Assembly (NCBI GenBank): GCA_030141605.1
Contig: JAQGDQ010000299.1
Coordinates: 137,837 to 201,836, forward strand
Source of the DNA: Tubiluchus corallicola
Lineage: Eukaryota; Animalia; Priapulida
Reading direction: 5' to 3'
DNA length: 64,000 nt
A program made the translations under genes and the position numbers. Below the pieces are notes generated by a model. The model was not told the origin of the DNA. It searched no databases and was given only the letters and a program-made list of their open reading frames with translations. Positions within the stretch are counted from its first letter, which is position 1, and every line of letters begins with the position of its first letter. Of the stretch, positions 47,113-62,520 are shown in pieces.

Positions 47113-48785
47113 GTAAGTTGCCATGGTAACAAATGAAGTTCCAAGTATCCTAAGATCCAATCAAGTGCAGACAGTGTAAAGAGCACGCTGTTTTGCAGGG
47201 GTTGCTGTGGGTTGTGTGATAACCCTTTGATGTGCGAATGACTGAATAGCCAACTGGCTACCATGTGGTGTAGAAGTTAAGCAATGCCAAGCCTGGTCAG
47301 CAAATGGATGGATGACTGCAAAGTTCATTATCTTGTTTGGGTGGTTTCATTGTTTTTACTGGGTCTAGGGTTTCACCTCAATGAGTTTTGGATGTGCTCA
47401 AATCCGAACATGGCCCAAAGATGCTGCTGGTGCCAGTCCTTTATCTTAGCTTGGAAGATTTGTATTGATAGTGAGCTAGAGTCCAGTCCTACCTCAACCA
47501 TTCGCATTAAGTAGCTGTGTAATTGAATGCTGGATTCAATTTTGCAGTGTGCCAGACTCAGTAAAAGATTTTGTTGAATTTTGACACTTAAAACGAATTG
47601 AATGGAATTTATTGACTAACTTGGATAAGCATATTAATATATACGATCACAATCAAAGTTGGAAAGAGTTAGTCCCCAATTAAAAACAGTATCGCTAACG
47701 ATGAGTCTAAATGGTCACACACATAAAAACACACTCATGTCAGCTAGTTAAAAATATAAAATGTATGACAAATATATCATTCAATTCAAATGAACAACTA
47801 AATTTTTAAGACTTATTTGTAGACAACTGTAGGACCAAACGATATGAACAGTTTGCTAAATTTTTGAATGAATAAAGAAACTAGTATGAAATAAGGTGCA
47901 AATATCAGGTGTAGTAGTAGTGTGGTCTAATATCTGCCAAGGTATTTTCTCAAGAAGATTAAGATAACGACTTAGATCAATCATCTTATGTGCTAAATGA
48001 GTTAATTTATTACTGTGTATCGTATATAAAGTCAAGTGTGTGCTTGTGGATTTTCCGCTCATATCTTGAGGAAGACATGTTGTTCAAGCAATTTTTTACT
48101 GCCTGGGCATTAATGCTGACTTTGGCACGGAGAAAAAGCTCATTTCTTATCTTCATAGTTATACAAGTAGCATTAAATAGGTGTAAATTCTAAAACTAGT
48201 ATAACAGGTGGCAGGTACATGCAGAAAATCTTGTCGAATTGTGGAACATTTTTTGTGAAATGTGAACAAGCTGCTGTAGGTTCATTTCTTTCAATCCATA
48301 ATTTCAGCATTATGCATTATATGATTTTAATTATCACTGTTTTGTAAAATTTTTAAAGTGAAAATTGTTTTAGGGAAACACAAGTGTTTATATTTTTTGT
48401 TAAAACCTCTTTGGGTTGGGTGGTCAAGTAGACTAGATTTTGGACTGCAGTCACTCAGCCTTGAGTTCGAGTCTAGCTACTGCCAATACCCTACACGTTA
48501 TTTGTTGTTTGTGTGTTGCGTCTTTACCTGTATTGTTGTAAATGTAAGTTGCTAAGCGGCTGTTAGTGATGATATTGCCTGCTAAACTAGCAACAGGAAA
48601 TAAATATTGCCTTTGTCTTTGTCTATTCGTAAAGCATTTTTAGAAGAAATATGTGCAATTTCTAATCTGTTTAAAATGTTGATTCTAGCATCAGTCGTTA
48701 TTATTGTTATTACTATTATTATTATTATTACTATAACTCTTTATTTTGAGCGTATAAACTTATATATGTATATATATATATATAA

Positions 48786-49293
48786 TGTTGGCAACCTTCT
48801 GTCTCGGAAGACAATGGAGTGTGCGCCAAGAGAGTCAGTTATTGATCACATTGATGGAGCTGCAGCGTCGACTGTGGCTGAGCAGTGCGATCCTTGAACG
48901 TCTCCAGGGCGCACGCCTGGGCAAGGTGTATGGAGATCCTGAGTGTAGTCCACATGACAAGCAGAGCGATACGTTTGGCACCAGGTTGGCTGCAGGAGCT
49001 GCCGGAGTCAGTGAGCATGCTGCATTGGTCCGCCTTCTGGGCTCCACTCCTTATTTGGAAGGTTTATTCCTCTACACATGGCCGTTTGGTCACTTGACCT
49101 CCTCCACCCTCTAGCCGTTGGCTGCTTGTGCAGCTCCTCCGCCTAGTATCGAGATACAGTGTGGGCATCCCGCAAGCCTACAGCACCTGGTATTCCTAGG
49201 CGGTCACCCATCCAAGTACTAACCAGGCTTTACGTTGCTTTACTTCGGTGATTAGACGAGAACCAGTGTTTTCAACGTGATTTGGCCGTAGAC
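48786..49293 (-). mobile_element. 5S-headed SINE (SINE3-type), ~510 bp, inserted in a (TA)n microsatellite
   Basis: 5S head plus a ~390-bp GC-rich body. (TA)n on both flanks (48761-48784 and 49294-49310). Confidence 0.75.
49174..49293 (-). pseudogene. Full-length (120 nt) 5S rRNA-derived sequence forming the head of a SINE-like element
   Basis: Reverse complement reads GTCTACGGCCAAATCACGTTGAAAACACTGGTTCTCGTCTAATCACCGAAGTAAAGCAACGTAAAGCCTGGTTAGTACTTGGATGGGTGACCGCCTAGGAATACCAGGTGCTGTAGGCTT. A-box and C-box are recognisable. There is no oligo-T terminator. Confidence 0.88.
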
Positions 49294-49319
49294 ATATATA
49301 TATATATATACGTGCACCC

Positions 49320-50210
49320 TCTATTTGCAGGGCTATAACAGTTAACAATATTTACATATCCTCTTTAACAACTTACTATAGCTATGCTAACATTATGTCA
49401 TCAATACCTTCTTTACTGACAGTGATAGCAATTTTCTAAAATTAATTAATCCCATTACGTTAGTGACAAAATAAAATTATCTAACAAAATGTTAGCAAAA
49501 TTAATTAAAACCAAATTATCATGACAAGTTACCATATAATTAACATTCTGGTGTTGTAAAGTGCATGGAAAATTTTCTTTTTCAGTGCGATTAATGAATT
49601 TGCATTCAAACAACAGATGATGTAGGGTTTGCCTCCCTTCTGAATGCTGGCACATATTATTGAGCAGAAGATTATTAAAACTGCCTTGACCTGTTAGAAA
49701 TGCGCAGCTAAAACCTCAATTTAAGTCTTGCTCTAAGCTCTGATAAATCTAATGACTGGCAGGTTGGGATGATATGTTTTTCGGTGATCAAGATTTCCTG
49801 GATAATATCCTCAAGCTTATCTTCTTGGCTTCCTGGTGTCCATCTGTATCGAAGCGACTTTGACGAAGTCCGTCAATATCTCTCCGCAAATGAGAGAATC
49901 GTATCTTCTTGATGATTATTGATGATAATTGGCCTCGGCACTTCACCCGAGGTTTTCTTGAGTGTTTTATTGCCATGGCGCTGAGTGCTGCTGCGTCTTG
50001 ATTGTTTTCGTTTGGCTATCGTTGCCTTCATTTCTCATTTATGCTTTGCAAGGATCCGGAAGGATGTGGTCATTATTCAAGTGGCTGTATCAAACTGGAT
50101 ATGGACGTGCTTACCTTCTACATATAAGATCTGTATAACGCACTTGCATTCTGCAAGCCAAGATCAAACACTTTTTAATGTTGAAGGTTGTGGCATGACT
50201 GGAATCTAAC
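49320..50210 (-). mobile_element. Degraded LINE 3' fragment (I/R1/LOA-like)
   Basis: Frameshifted ..LTGQGSFN.. followed by CQH....TLHHLLFEC, a zinc-knuckle-like motif. Confidence 0.45.
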
Positions 50211-50668
50211 TACTTTAGTCAAGGTTAATGTCTCTTAAGGAGACACTGAACCAGCCGAGGTGTCTTTGTATGGCTATGCATTTTCCCTCAGTGAGCTAAA
50301 TAATCGAAGGCCGAGTGGCAGATAAAGTCAAACAGAGCAGTTTTTCTGGCTGTCATCCATTCATTCACTCACCAGGCTCAGCTTTGCTTAATTCCATTTG
50401 TTAAATCTATGATACTATGACCACTCGACCTTTCTCTCACTACGATTTACTGTTGCATATGGTCATTCACTTGATGTTGTTTTTTTTTGTTTTCTGAAAA
50501 AGTATTTTCATGCTTAGATGCTTCAGCTTCATAGCTGAAAATTGACCTGGTCCAAACCGGACTACTTTTCTGAACTATCCATCGCATGGAGTATTATTTT
50601 GTGTAGCATTAAAAGTGTTATTGTAATATTATAAGGTAAGCTTTGCAACTTGTAAGTAAAAAGTTTAA

Positions 50669-51472
<804 letters not shown>

Positions 51473-51898
51473 ATCCTACCCTATTTTGAAGTAAAAAGTG
51501 CACATGTTAACACAAACTGAACGAATATTTCAATAAACATTTACCTGAGAGTTACCTATGTACATGGAAGAATCTGCTTCATTAACAAAGTCATTAACAG
51601 AGTACCATGTTTGCAGCTGATTAATTAAGTTCAATATGACGCTGTTACTTAATTTTCAGCTTACCGCGTTTACCCAACATGATTAATTGTGCTAATTAAT
51701 TTATCGCCACGGGATGTCGAGTCAAGTTAATTAGAATTTTACGCACCGAGAATTGTCAGCGATTATAGCTGAGAACACTACATCGGTTTAAACCCGTGGG
51801 GATAAATTTTACCGCAATTCCTTGACATTTTGCAAAGTGCGCCGTGTAGTTGGTCATTACGGAATCAATTTTTCCCCGCTCTAGCAATTGCTGCATAA

Positions 51899-52054
<156 letters not shown>

Positions 52055-52171
52055 TAAGTATTTTAGGCATTAATTTTCACCTGTTTATACTGGTAAATAT
52101 TCTTTGGGTCGAGTCCAGTAATTTGTGCAGGTAAGTTTTGTTTCTACCCAGGCAAGTAAGTCTAGTCCACG

Positions 52172-52434
52172 TACCCCTCATACCTCGGTTTGCCGGACCT
52201 CGCTTTTACCGCATACTACGGACACTACGTGCATATGTAACGACACGTGTAGCTTGTATGTCAGGAGTGGCCTGTACTGGACATTTTTAAGACAGTTCGC
52301 TGATTGATTCTTCATTACAGTGAGTTTAATACACGGCGCCCACTGTAGTAGCTTAGTATCGGGAAATACAGACAATCGGCAAATTCGGAACGACTTCTCC
52401 CCGCTTTTGTCTGGCAAACTAAGAAACGAGTGTA
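52172..52434. mobile_element. MITE with TIR ctcatacctcggtttgccggac
   Basis: Inverted ends. The right end matches a fragment at ~22037-22075. Confidence 0.6.
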
Positions 52435-54430
52435 GTCATTTTACACTGGAAAATCTATTTTTTACCTATTGTGAACAGCATTCTCTTTTCTTTATTTGTC
52501 TGTGATGGAGAAATGGCTTTCAAAATGTTCCAGGAACATGAACAGAGAAAGAATGCACATTTTTGACTTTTCACAGTTCGTAAATCATAGTTCAGCTTTT
52601 TTAAAATATGAACCTTGCACATTTTTAGTACATGTGCGCAAACCACCGCGCCACAGCCCGGAGTAGGTCAACTACTGTGAAAGTTGGGTTCAGTCTGAAT
52701 ACTAACGGTACTTTATATGAAAGCTAAAGTTAGTTAAAGTTATAACAAGAAAATCTAGCCACGATTTAAGCTGGAATGAAATAAAAAAAAAATTCTGCCA
52801 AACCGAAAAAATATAATAATGAAGAAATGATAACAAAACTAGTTTTTAAGTGGAATAGCAATATGCAAAAATAAAGGAAAACAAAACAACACAAACATAA
52901 ATAAAAATAAACTTTAACATTCACTTCATAATAACATTTTATCAGATTCGTATGTTTGCAATGGGGAAGTAAATTGATCACTGTTCTCACAGATTTGCTG
53001 TCTTCTGAACAGCCTTAAATCACCTCCGTCTGGAAAACTGTCCTTTTGCCTTTTGAACGACGTAGCGAATATTTTCACTCTTATCTCTTCTCGAATACAG
53101 TAATTCTCTAGAGAGGGCAATATTCCTAGAGAAATATTGTGATATATCTGCTTGAAATAAAAGATTCTAAGCATTGAGAGAAATGTAAACATGTTATACT
53201 ACGCAAACATTGATTCACGGCTGTACAAACGTGGCAGCAACGTCCTAGCAATCAGGCAAGGAAACGTAACACCAAATTGCGAGGAATGGATGGAAATTTT
53301 CTAGCATATTTTGCATTTGATTGAAAGTGCCTCAGAACGCTACACGAATTCCCTCTTGCTATTCATACCATCGGCTGAGATTCTTACAGCCAGACGAGAG
53401 GACAGAATGGATTGTGTCATATGTCTTTGTGTTATGGCAACGCTGATGACTTGCACTTCATTTATTATGCAAACATAACTTGTTTGCTATATCAGCGATG
53501 ACGTTTGCTGCTTCCCGGATAATGAACATGTAATTCAGATCGGCAAATCCAACTGGGAATCGTACATCTACTTGTGCAAATAGCGTCACAGTTGCCCGGG
53601 AAAAGACAAGCAGAACTACTGTGATTTTCATATGCAAATTCATGGGAAATTTTAATTTTCCTAAAAGGGAAAAAGTCGTGGACATATTAATGGTATTTCT
53701 TAAAGCAAAACCGGACGCAATCTTAAACTGTAGGTCAAAACAACCCGTTCTTTAAAATATTTAAAAAATGTACTATTTTTTGAAGGATGACTATTCAGTG
53801 TTTTCTTCTGCTTTAAGCATAACATACGCAATTTTTGTGTTCAATAGTTAAACAGTTTAATTTCTTTTTTATTTGATTACCGTTATACTCAGTTCTTGTC
53901 CCATTACTTTGCCATTGTTTCACATTTTCCTCATTGCTTAGGTCTTACTTGTAGGATATTTTTTGCAAAACTTTTTCAGCTAAATTAGAGATATATTGCA
54001 TACCTCAGTTTACACATGTTTTACTTTGCTGATTAATACAACATATATCATGCTTCTAGTAGTTACACGAAAAATTAATTTTAAATACGTAAAGTTTAAC
54101 GTATTATTTAAAGATAGTCACGTGTGTCTCTCCTTTCCCATTATTGAACATTATTTTATTAGAAACAAACACATTTGTATAATAATTCAATTTTCAATCG
54201 TCTTAAATGCCAAATCTGATAATTTTTAATTACTTGGTATATGCACATTAATTAATTATATTAGTAGCAATTCTGAGAGGGTGGCTGACCTCGATAACTC
54301 ATAGTTCTTTCGCCACCCTTTCACCACTAAACAATAGTCACTTTTGCACTTTGTTATATTGTATGTTGTACAGATTTATAAATCACTTAGTTATGTATTT
54401 TGCTATGTTAAAAATGGTGATAAACTAATA

Positions 54431-54431
54431 A

Positions 54432-54493
<62 letters not shown>
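54431..54493. repeat. (ACTT)n microsatellite, retroelement tail
   Basis: Follows AATAAA and lies ~110 bp after a conserved stem-loop. Confidence 0.9.
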
Positions 54494-54494
<1 letters not shown>

Positions 54495-55189
54495 GTCATG
54501 GAGGCAGTACCTGGATACTATATCACACTTTCACCATTTTTACCATGAGCATTCAAGAGTTGCAGTGCATTGATCTGCAGAATCCTAATATTCATGCTTT
54601 GGTTGTTCTTGCGATCGTCTGGATGTGTTTTGTCAAATATGGAATAGGTCTGAGTGAGTGTTGGAATTTTTCAAGCCAAAAGAGGTTAAATAATAATAAT
54701 AATAATAATCTTTTATTTATCTTTTCACACACGCACAGTTATAATACAATTAATTTGGCAACAAAAATGTGAAGAAAGGGCAGCGAAAGACCAATTGATC
54801 ATCTAGTCAGCTGCCCTTTGGTTAGTCATGAACATTTTTATAAGCGCTATGCTACAGTGTATTAGTGTTAGTACTGCTTATAATAAAAATTTAATTGTTA
54901 CGAATGACATTAAATTGATATGCTTATAACGTGTTAGTACAATTCATACACAGTAATAATAAGTGCATAATAAAAAAAAAATCAAACTGAAAAGAACTGA
55001 AATAAAACTGAATTGAAATAAGAACTGAAACAAGAACTGAAATAAAAATCTGACAACAGAAACATAATAACAATGGCAACTGAAATAGACTTTATAACAC
55101 AAGCATAATTCTTAGACATAAGCAAGCGAATGTATAATGGAGTCATAATATATCATAATAATGTAAAAAAATACAGAGCGAGGTGTTAA

Positions 55190-55768
55190 AGGAAAACGAG
55201 TTGGTTTTTTGTGATCTCCAACATTTTGAAGTACGGTAAAAGTATACATTTTAACACCTGCAATAATGGCATGGTGTTTCTGATAATTAAATAATAGGTT
55301 ATAAACTTAACTAATGGTGGGGAGGTCAATTAGTGACGATGTTTCAGGTGATCATAATTTTCAAGAGCAGAAACATTCCTTGAGTTTACTGCACGTGTTT
55401 GCAAAAGCAAAACTGAAGTACAGTGCTACTATACAATATTCAGCATGATATGCAAAAACTCATCAAATTTTAACTTTGAAATTCAAATTTCAAATTTATT
55501 GCTTTGATCATGCATGAATTCTTGAATGTGTACACTACATCACGTGTGCAATGCATTTCCGAAATGCTGGTGCTACTGCCAATCTAACTAGGGAAAGGCG
55601 AAGTGAATGTAACAGCGAAGAATTAGCCTAGCGAACACGAAATTGCATGTATGCTGTGACAATTCTTGCATGTATGCCATTCTTTAAAGAAAAACGACAT
55701 GTTCCCTTTCAATATTTTGCAAGGTAAATTGTTTTGAGCTATCGTTTAAGATTGGTTTCGGTTTTCCT
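55190..55768. mobile_element. Kolobok/T2-like MITE, family A (reverse orientation)
   Basis: ttaa|aggaaaac ... gttttcct|ttaa, a perfect 8-bp TIR with TTAA TSD. Confidence 0.85.
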
Positions 55769-57516
55769 TTAAAGTTGGGGGCCATTTGATTAAGCCTTTT
55801 TAGAAGAGTCGAAACCGTTCGATCATTGTATGACGAAAACGTCCCATGTGATGAAGGCTTCCCAGGGAGATAATTACAAATCATTTAATGAGTGTGGAAC
55901 CGACCGTAAATGTTGCAGCTTGCATTTGCCATTGTTCTCCTGGGAAAATATTCGTGCGTTACTGACGTGTACTTGCCAATTACGATGGCTGTTTTCATCA
56001 GTTTGTTGTTAGGAGGTGCTAAAAGTGCTGGTAATGAAAGAGTTAACTTACTTTAGACGTTTTGACAAAACGTCCTTCATTCGTAATGTACATCTGTGGC
56101 AGTGGCAGTGGCGGCTTGTAGCTATGGTTTGTGGGGTTTGCTGCTTCAGAAAATTTTTACCGTTTGTTTTAATATTGTGCAAAACGAAACAAACATAATA
56201 TGTTCACTTGCAGTAATTTATTTATTGGGGATGCAAGGAGGCTTTGATTAAATTATTTAAATTTTCCGTAAAAAAAGAACCGAAAAACTATGAACTAAAT
56301 AGCTGGAAGCATGATAATCATCTAACTCTACGCTTTATCATATTTGTGGAAATTGTAACTGTATAATTTTAGGTGCTGCCATCTATTAACTAATCCTTTT
56401 ACAATTTACTAGCTAAACTCACCCCTAGTATAATTGTACGGTCCAGTGAATGCATATTCACTGGATCTCTCCCTATTTTACAGTAATGGTTTTTGTGAAG
56501 CCAAGTTTGCATAATTACCTATACCTATATATACTGACTGGATTTTACTTTCTAGTCACTGTCTAACTCTCAGGATCAGTGCAGGACACTCTTGTTCTCA
56601 GTGTTCAGTGTAGCAGTCATTTTACATATGTGTATGTAGTCTAATAAACTCTTTTCAGTTTTGTGCAGATATGTAGTTTAGTGTTTTATTCTTTTTCTAC
56701 AAAGTGTTCAACTACAACCTCAAACATGACTTTCACAATATTCAAGAATATGTCACAAGGTTTTTAAGCACAACACATACTGACTCAAAGAGAAATATTA
56801 CTTGCACAACAGGGGTGGCACTGGGTGAGCAACAGTGCTCTTTCTCTACCTAGTGTGCAGCTTCTTATCTCAGACATGTGCGCATGTTCACAACAGCCAA
56901 ACACCACACTGCTGGTGCTGGTGCTGTGAAGCGCACAGTTCCGTCACGTGCTCTGGTTCCATACAAGGATTTAAAAGCTTTCAATTTTTGCACTATCAGT
57001 GCATGTATTCATTTTTTCTCCTAAAATTAGCCATCCAGAAATGATCTAGAATCAGTGGCATGTGACTTGTTCAGTACAACCTTTATAGGAAAACAATTGA
57101 CAGGTGTCGGTTGTCCGGCCAGTTAATTTGCACTTCATCCTGCATAAGCATTTTCCCAGCCTTTCCTGGGTGAAGGCAGTCTGTTACGTTGTGATGGAGC
57201 GGAATAAGTGTGTGCTTAGCAACAAAAGTTAAGGTATGCTGAACTTGTTAGTAGATGGATAAGTGACCACTGGGTAGGCTTCTTTTAAACAGTTTTGTCT
57301 CCCGTACTGGTTTGGCCGTTCTTCTTGAGAGAGAATTGTACACTCATCCAAACTTGGTTAACACGTTCCTATCGGTTCTCTATCTTAGTTAGAAGACAAT
57401 CTTTAATAAAAAGTTTTGTTTCTGTAAAAAAGATTCTATATTAAGTGTGTCTCGCATATTGCAAACTGTGTCAGTGATTTCTCTGTATGACATGCAACTT
57501 GGTTTTTGTTTCATAG

Positions 57517-57592
57517 GGGGAGCTGTTGGTCCTGCACATGCTGCCTTACCGGAAAAGCTTATACAATAGGATTTTTACGATTTTGCAAACAG
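57517..57592 (+). CDS. TMEM184B: TMEM184-family exon
   Basis: ttcatAG...GTacgt. Translates GSCWSCTCCLTGKAYTIGFLRFCKQ. Confidence 0.95.
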
Positions 57593-58224
57593 GTACGTAA
57601 GTTTATGACCTCGTTTTGTCTCTACAGAGAAACGAAATGACAATGATTAGTTCTCTTAAGCTGCGTTATTACATTTTCGTTGCTATAAAGCTTGGCGTAA
57701 AATGTTTCATAGCATTAGCAAAATACGCTTTTAGCAAAAAATGAACACTAAGGATGGAAGAAATAAATTACTTGTAATGAAAAATTAGCATGCTTTATTT
57801 AATTAGCTAGCACTTTATGAAACTATTTGTCTATGCAGCAATTATGTTATCTTGATTTTTAGTGTCGTTTACTTAGTTTTAAATTATATTCTAAGAAAAT
57901 TATAGTTATTTAGAATACGATGCTACTAATTGAGTCAATCGGTGCATTTTGTTTGCTGTCTTGTAATATGTCAGGATGCTTTCAGTGTGAGTTAATGCAT
58001 TCATTTCAAGATTCTGCTGTTTATTTTCCAAATAAAAAAGTTTTGTATTTGCCATTTGGACACCGGCATGTATACATTGCCATCTCTTCTCTTCTAATCA
58101 AAAAAATACAGACGGTTACGATGTGTGAATTTATGACCAGGTGATGTTGACCGGTAAAATATTTTGTTGCCTGCGAACTTTTCTATTACCTAATTTCCTA
58201 ACAACTTTACAATTTCTTGTTTAG

Positions 58225-58317
<93 letters not shown>

Positions 58318-59059
58318 TAAGTTATTTACATTGCAGAGAACTGGTGAAATTACACATCGTTGCTGGTTACTCAAAGTGATAAAAGGCGTAGAAATACGTA
58401 ATACTTTGGAGTAAGACTGTTATTGAGGTGTTTAAAGTTTGATGTTTAATGTTTAAATGACAGATGTACTTATTATGCATTTTTGCCATTGTTTAAAGGA
58501 CAAATACAGTGTACTTTGGGAAGTTTTGCACGAAAACGGAAAGAAAGTGTCTAACTAAGATTTTCTGATACTTTTAACTTTTTCTTAGTGGTTCATATAA
58601 GACAAAATCGGACAAAGGTAAAGGTGTCATTTTCAAAGAAAATCTTGTACGTGATTTCACCAGTTTTACTCGTTAAATGACGCCAGCGAAATCTCAGTCC
58701 TTAGTTACGGCAGTGTTTGTGTTTTGTTGATCACGTGTCACATTTCGCTGTGGAACATTGCTTACAAACTCAGCATCACAGAAACGATGCGGTATCCAAG
58801 GAAACCGTTTGCCAGCACAGACGTTTAGTCTGCGATTTTACGAAGTTTGATGAACAAAACCGAATAAAATGTTTTGGGTGAAAAATGCAACTTGGAGGCC
58901 CGATTTCATCGCAATGGAACTTTGAATTAATTTTCAAATTCTAAGCTATGGTTAGCTCTTTTAATTAAGGAAGACTTACTTTACGTTGAATTTGACTTTA
59001 TGTCTCGTGTTAGAACATAATTACATGCTTCTAGACAGTCTGAATTTAAAGACTCGGGC

Positions 59060-59663
59060 CAGGGATGTTACCCAAAACGAAATTTTGGTTTTGGTTTGTC
59101 GATATCTTGGCTAAATTAGTTCAAATAAAGCGAAAATTTCATTTACGTAACAGTTTGCGATGTTGCGTTTACCGGCATACGTTCAGTGCTAATGACTGTA
59201 AAGTTTTATGGGTCTCCAGGCCCATTCAACTGAAATATTAAACCATTTTTGAATTTACTAGAGCAAAATCACATTTAATTTTATAATTTATGAAACATTG
59301 GCAACAAAATATCTACAATTTGTTTATTATTAATGAAGCATTATGATCTTCAAGCTTTAATCATTAAGGACATTTAAATCAAAAACATAATAACACATTT
59401 TCTAAGGTAAGCCACTCCATCAATCTTGATTTTCTTAACTATAAAACTTCCTTAACTAAAATTAGAATTTTTATCGGTAATTTTCATCACAGCAAATGAA
59501 AGCAAACAAACAAAATGTTTCACTTATTTTAGAATTTTCTTTTTTCTGTTTTATTAGTAGTTGGTTTTGCAAAGATGTTTCGGTTCGGCTTCATTTCGGT
59601 ATTGGTTTCCTGTTTCACAAATTTCTGTTTCGGTTTATAAATTCAGTTTTGGTAATATCCCCG
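59060..59663. mobile_element. hAT-like MITE
   Basis: TSD actcgggc / acttgggc. TIR cagggatgttacc / ggtaatatccccg. A degenerate relative lies at ~2600-3240. Confidence 0.85.
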
Positions 59664-59720
59664 ACTTGGGCTATGTAGGTATTGCTAGGGGACTGTTCAT
59701 ATGTCTTCACTAAACTTTAG

Positions 59721-59993
<273 letters not shown>

Positions 59994-62520
59994 TGAGCAC
60001 ATGAAATAGTTAGTTAGATTCTGACAAGTTCTCGTTTGACTAAGATTTTTGTCAATTCATTGTTTTACTTTGTGTGCTAACGATTTAAAAGCAAATTAGT
60101 CACAGACAGATGATGAAAGATGTACAAATAGCTGGTTTTGCCAGCTAAGGTGCATTAAAGGACAAGAAAAGTGGTACACGAAGTAGGTTTTAGAAAAATC
60201 CTTAAAAAATTATATTACCTTATAGCAATTTTATGCACTTATCGTACTTGCGTTGAAAAGATTTCTTGTTTGTTTTCATTTTAGATTTAACGCAATACTG
60301 TTCTGACCGTGTAATTACGTGACATCGTATATGCCCAACGTAAATCAGGGGAAGAAAACAAAATGTTAAATTATGTCCCAAAAAGCTTTCCAAGCAAATC
60401 TATATTACTTAGCATTTCGCTTACCTGCTGGAAAGACTGAGGAAACTAGAAAAGAAAGTTATTAATTATTTAAAACGTTTTCACCAAATGGTAAAATGTT
60501 GTTGACTCACTTCCAGGGTTCACCTCTCACTAACCGGAAAAACGTATTTTAATCTTATTGACAAGACACAGTAATTTAAAATTTTCTCAGTTAGTGAACT
60601 GTGTGCCACGAATGGTCTGATTATTTTTAAAACTTTCCTATGCAAACTTGTTTCAAACGGTTAACCTTAGACTCAAAATGGCTGCACCTAATGGTCATTG
60701 TGGGCATTTAAATTAACAAGTTTTACACAGCGTTACTTGCTAATACAAGCCCTGTATGCAAAAAGACAATACGTAAGTGGTATAAAATTTCAAGACGAAG
60801 TTTTTAAGCTTTATGCAAGTCGAGGGTTTTCTTACGATTTAACACTGCTTGTGTTGGCAAAGCAAAATAAAAAAATTGCAATCAAGAAATTGTGACTTTG
60901 TTTTGTGTATAACTTAATTTACATTTATCAGTCCTTGGCATTTGTTAGGATAGTTTTTGTTGCTCATAAAACTTTGTTTAATACTTTTCTGTCTGCTTTG
61001 CAACTGAAGGAATAAAGTTTTTAATTCAAATTTTTAATAGTGTGGAAGTGTTTTCTATTGCGTGTTCTGGGCGGTAGAGCTGACTTGTCCTAGCATAAGA
61101 TGAATAGCTCAGTTGTCGCTAGATGTGTTTAGTGCTCAAAGTTAAGCAACCTTAACCTTGGTCAGTAAATGGGTGGGTGAACATCTGATAATTGTTTGCG
61201 AGTGGAACATGTTTGCTGTTACGGTTGTTGAAGAAGAATCCGAATGTGATGAAGATTCGCCTCCCAGTTCTCATCCTTATCTCAGAGAATTATCATTGAA
61301 AATGAGCTACGTTTCCATCCTACCTCAGCCTACTGCATTAAGCAAACCTTGTTTCTCCATTGTCATTAGGCATATTCAGGATTGAGGTTGTTATGACTCC
61401 CTAACCCCGATCTCGAACATTTGATTTTTTGACAGTTGCTACGGGTCCAATGACAAGAGCAATTTTGTCCCGATCCCAATCTTCCTCCTGAGCAGTTGAT
61501 CCCAAATCCTGAAAAATCCCGACCTCGAACTCCATTAACATCCCGAACCGCTGATCCCAACCCCCACCTCGATCCCATTCTAAACCATGAACACCCGTAA
61601 TTGTCGTGCTTTTCTAGCATATTTATCTGGTAACTGTGACTGGAGCTATAAGGTCAAATACATAAAATTGTTAATTTCAATTCAATTCAATTTCAATTTA
61701 TTTATCACTTTATAGTGTTACAATAAAACATGAGTAATAAAAGAATCTCTAATTAGTTTTGAAGAATGGTTAAAATGTATAGATAGATCTAGAACTAGAG
61801 AAAGGATAGCGAAAAGACTATAAAGTCACCTAGTCTGCTATCCTTTACCGAATATAGATAAAAAGGTTTTTTAGACACTGGTGGACATTAATGTTATCAG
61901 TTTAATTTAGGAAACATTAGTAATTTTTAAAATTATGACATTTGCTATATAATCCAGAGAAAAGAATATACATGTAATTTAATTAGCGGCAACAAAATAA
62001 GGTCAATCTTGATTAAACTAAAAATGGCATTTAGATTTTATGTGAAATACAGGTCAAAATTGTTATGAAATGATAAAAACACTTTGGGTTAATAATGATA
62101 TTAATCAACAACAGGAGTTAAATAGATTTTGATTTGAGTTCAACTTCATTATTTCTAGGCTTATTGATTAAGAACAAATATACTGACTTGGTCAATAATA
62201 CTAAATAATATAATTCTCAAAATACTGATAAGACAAACATTTAGCTATACAGGTTTTTTGGTGATTTTATAAAGGAGAGGTTACGGCATTGAAAAAGCAG
62301 CACGAGAAGGTTCGAGAATAGGAGGTGCTTTTGTAAACGATGCATTAATACGTATTTTAACATTCTTATGAGATGTTTTTCTTAAACCTTCTCAAAATTT
62401 ATCCTTAGTCTTCACATTTCTGCTAATTGGATGTTTAAAATTACATGATAAGCAAAGATGATAGATGATAGTTGTACTAAACGTTGGAATTTATGCTTGT
62501 ATTTGTTTCACCTTTTTCAG

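Noticed and set aside
49174-49293. Functional 5S rRNA gene
   Set aside because: Solitary, lacks an oligo-T terminator, has (TA)n directly upstream and carries several apparent substitutions. It is better explained as a SINE head.
54775-54819. CGAAA/CUGA stem-loops as hammerhead ribozymes
   Set aside because: CUGA and GAAA lie on opposite strands and there is no NUH triplet after the hairpin. Kept as a retroelement 3' structure.
55785-56085. Second hammerhead-like or Penelope-like motif pair
   Set aside because: The core boxes have several mismatches. The gacgttttg-a-caaaacgtc palindrome alone is not enough.
61395-61600. Telomere-like or coding C-rich stretch
   Set aside because: A degenerate cccgaN/ccctaa hexamer low-complexity tract with only one telomeric unit, probably internal to a repeat.
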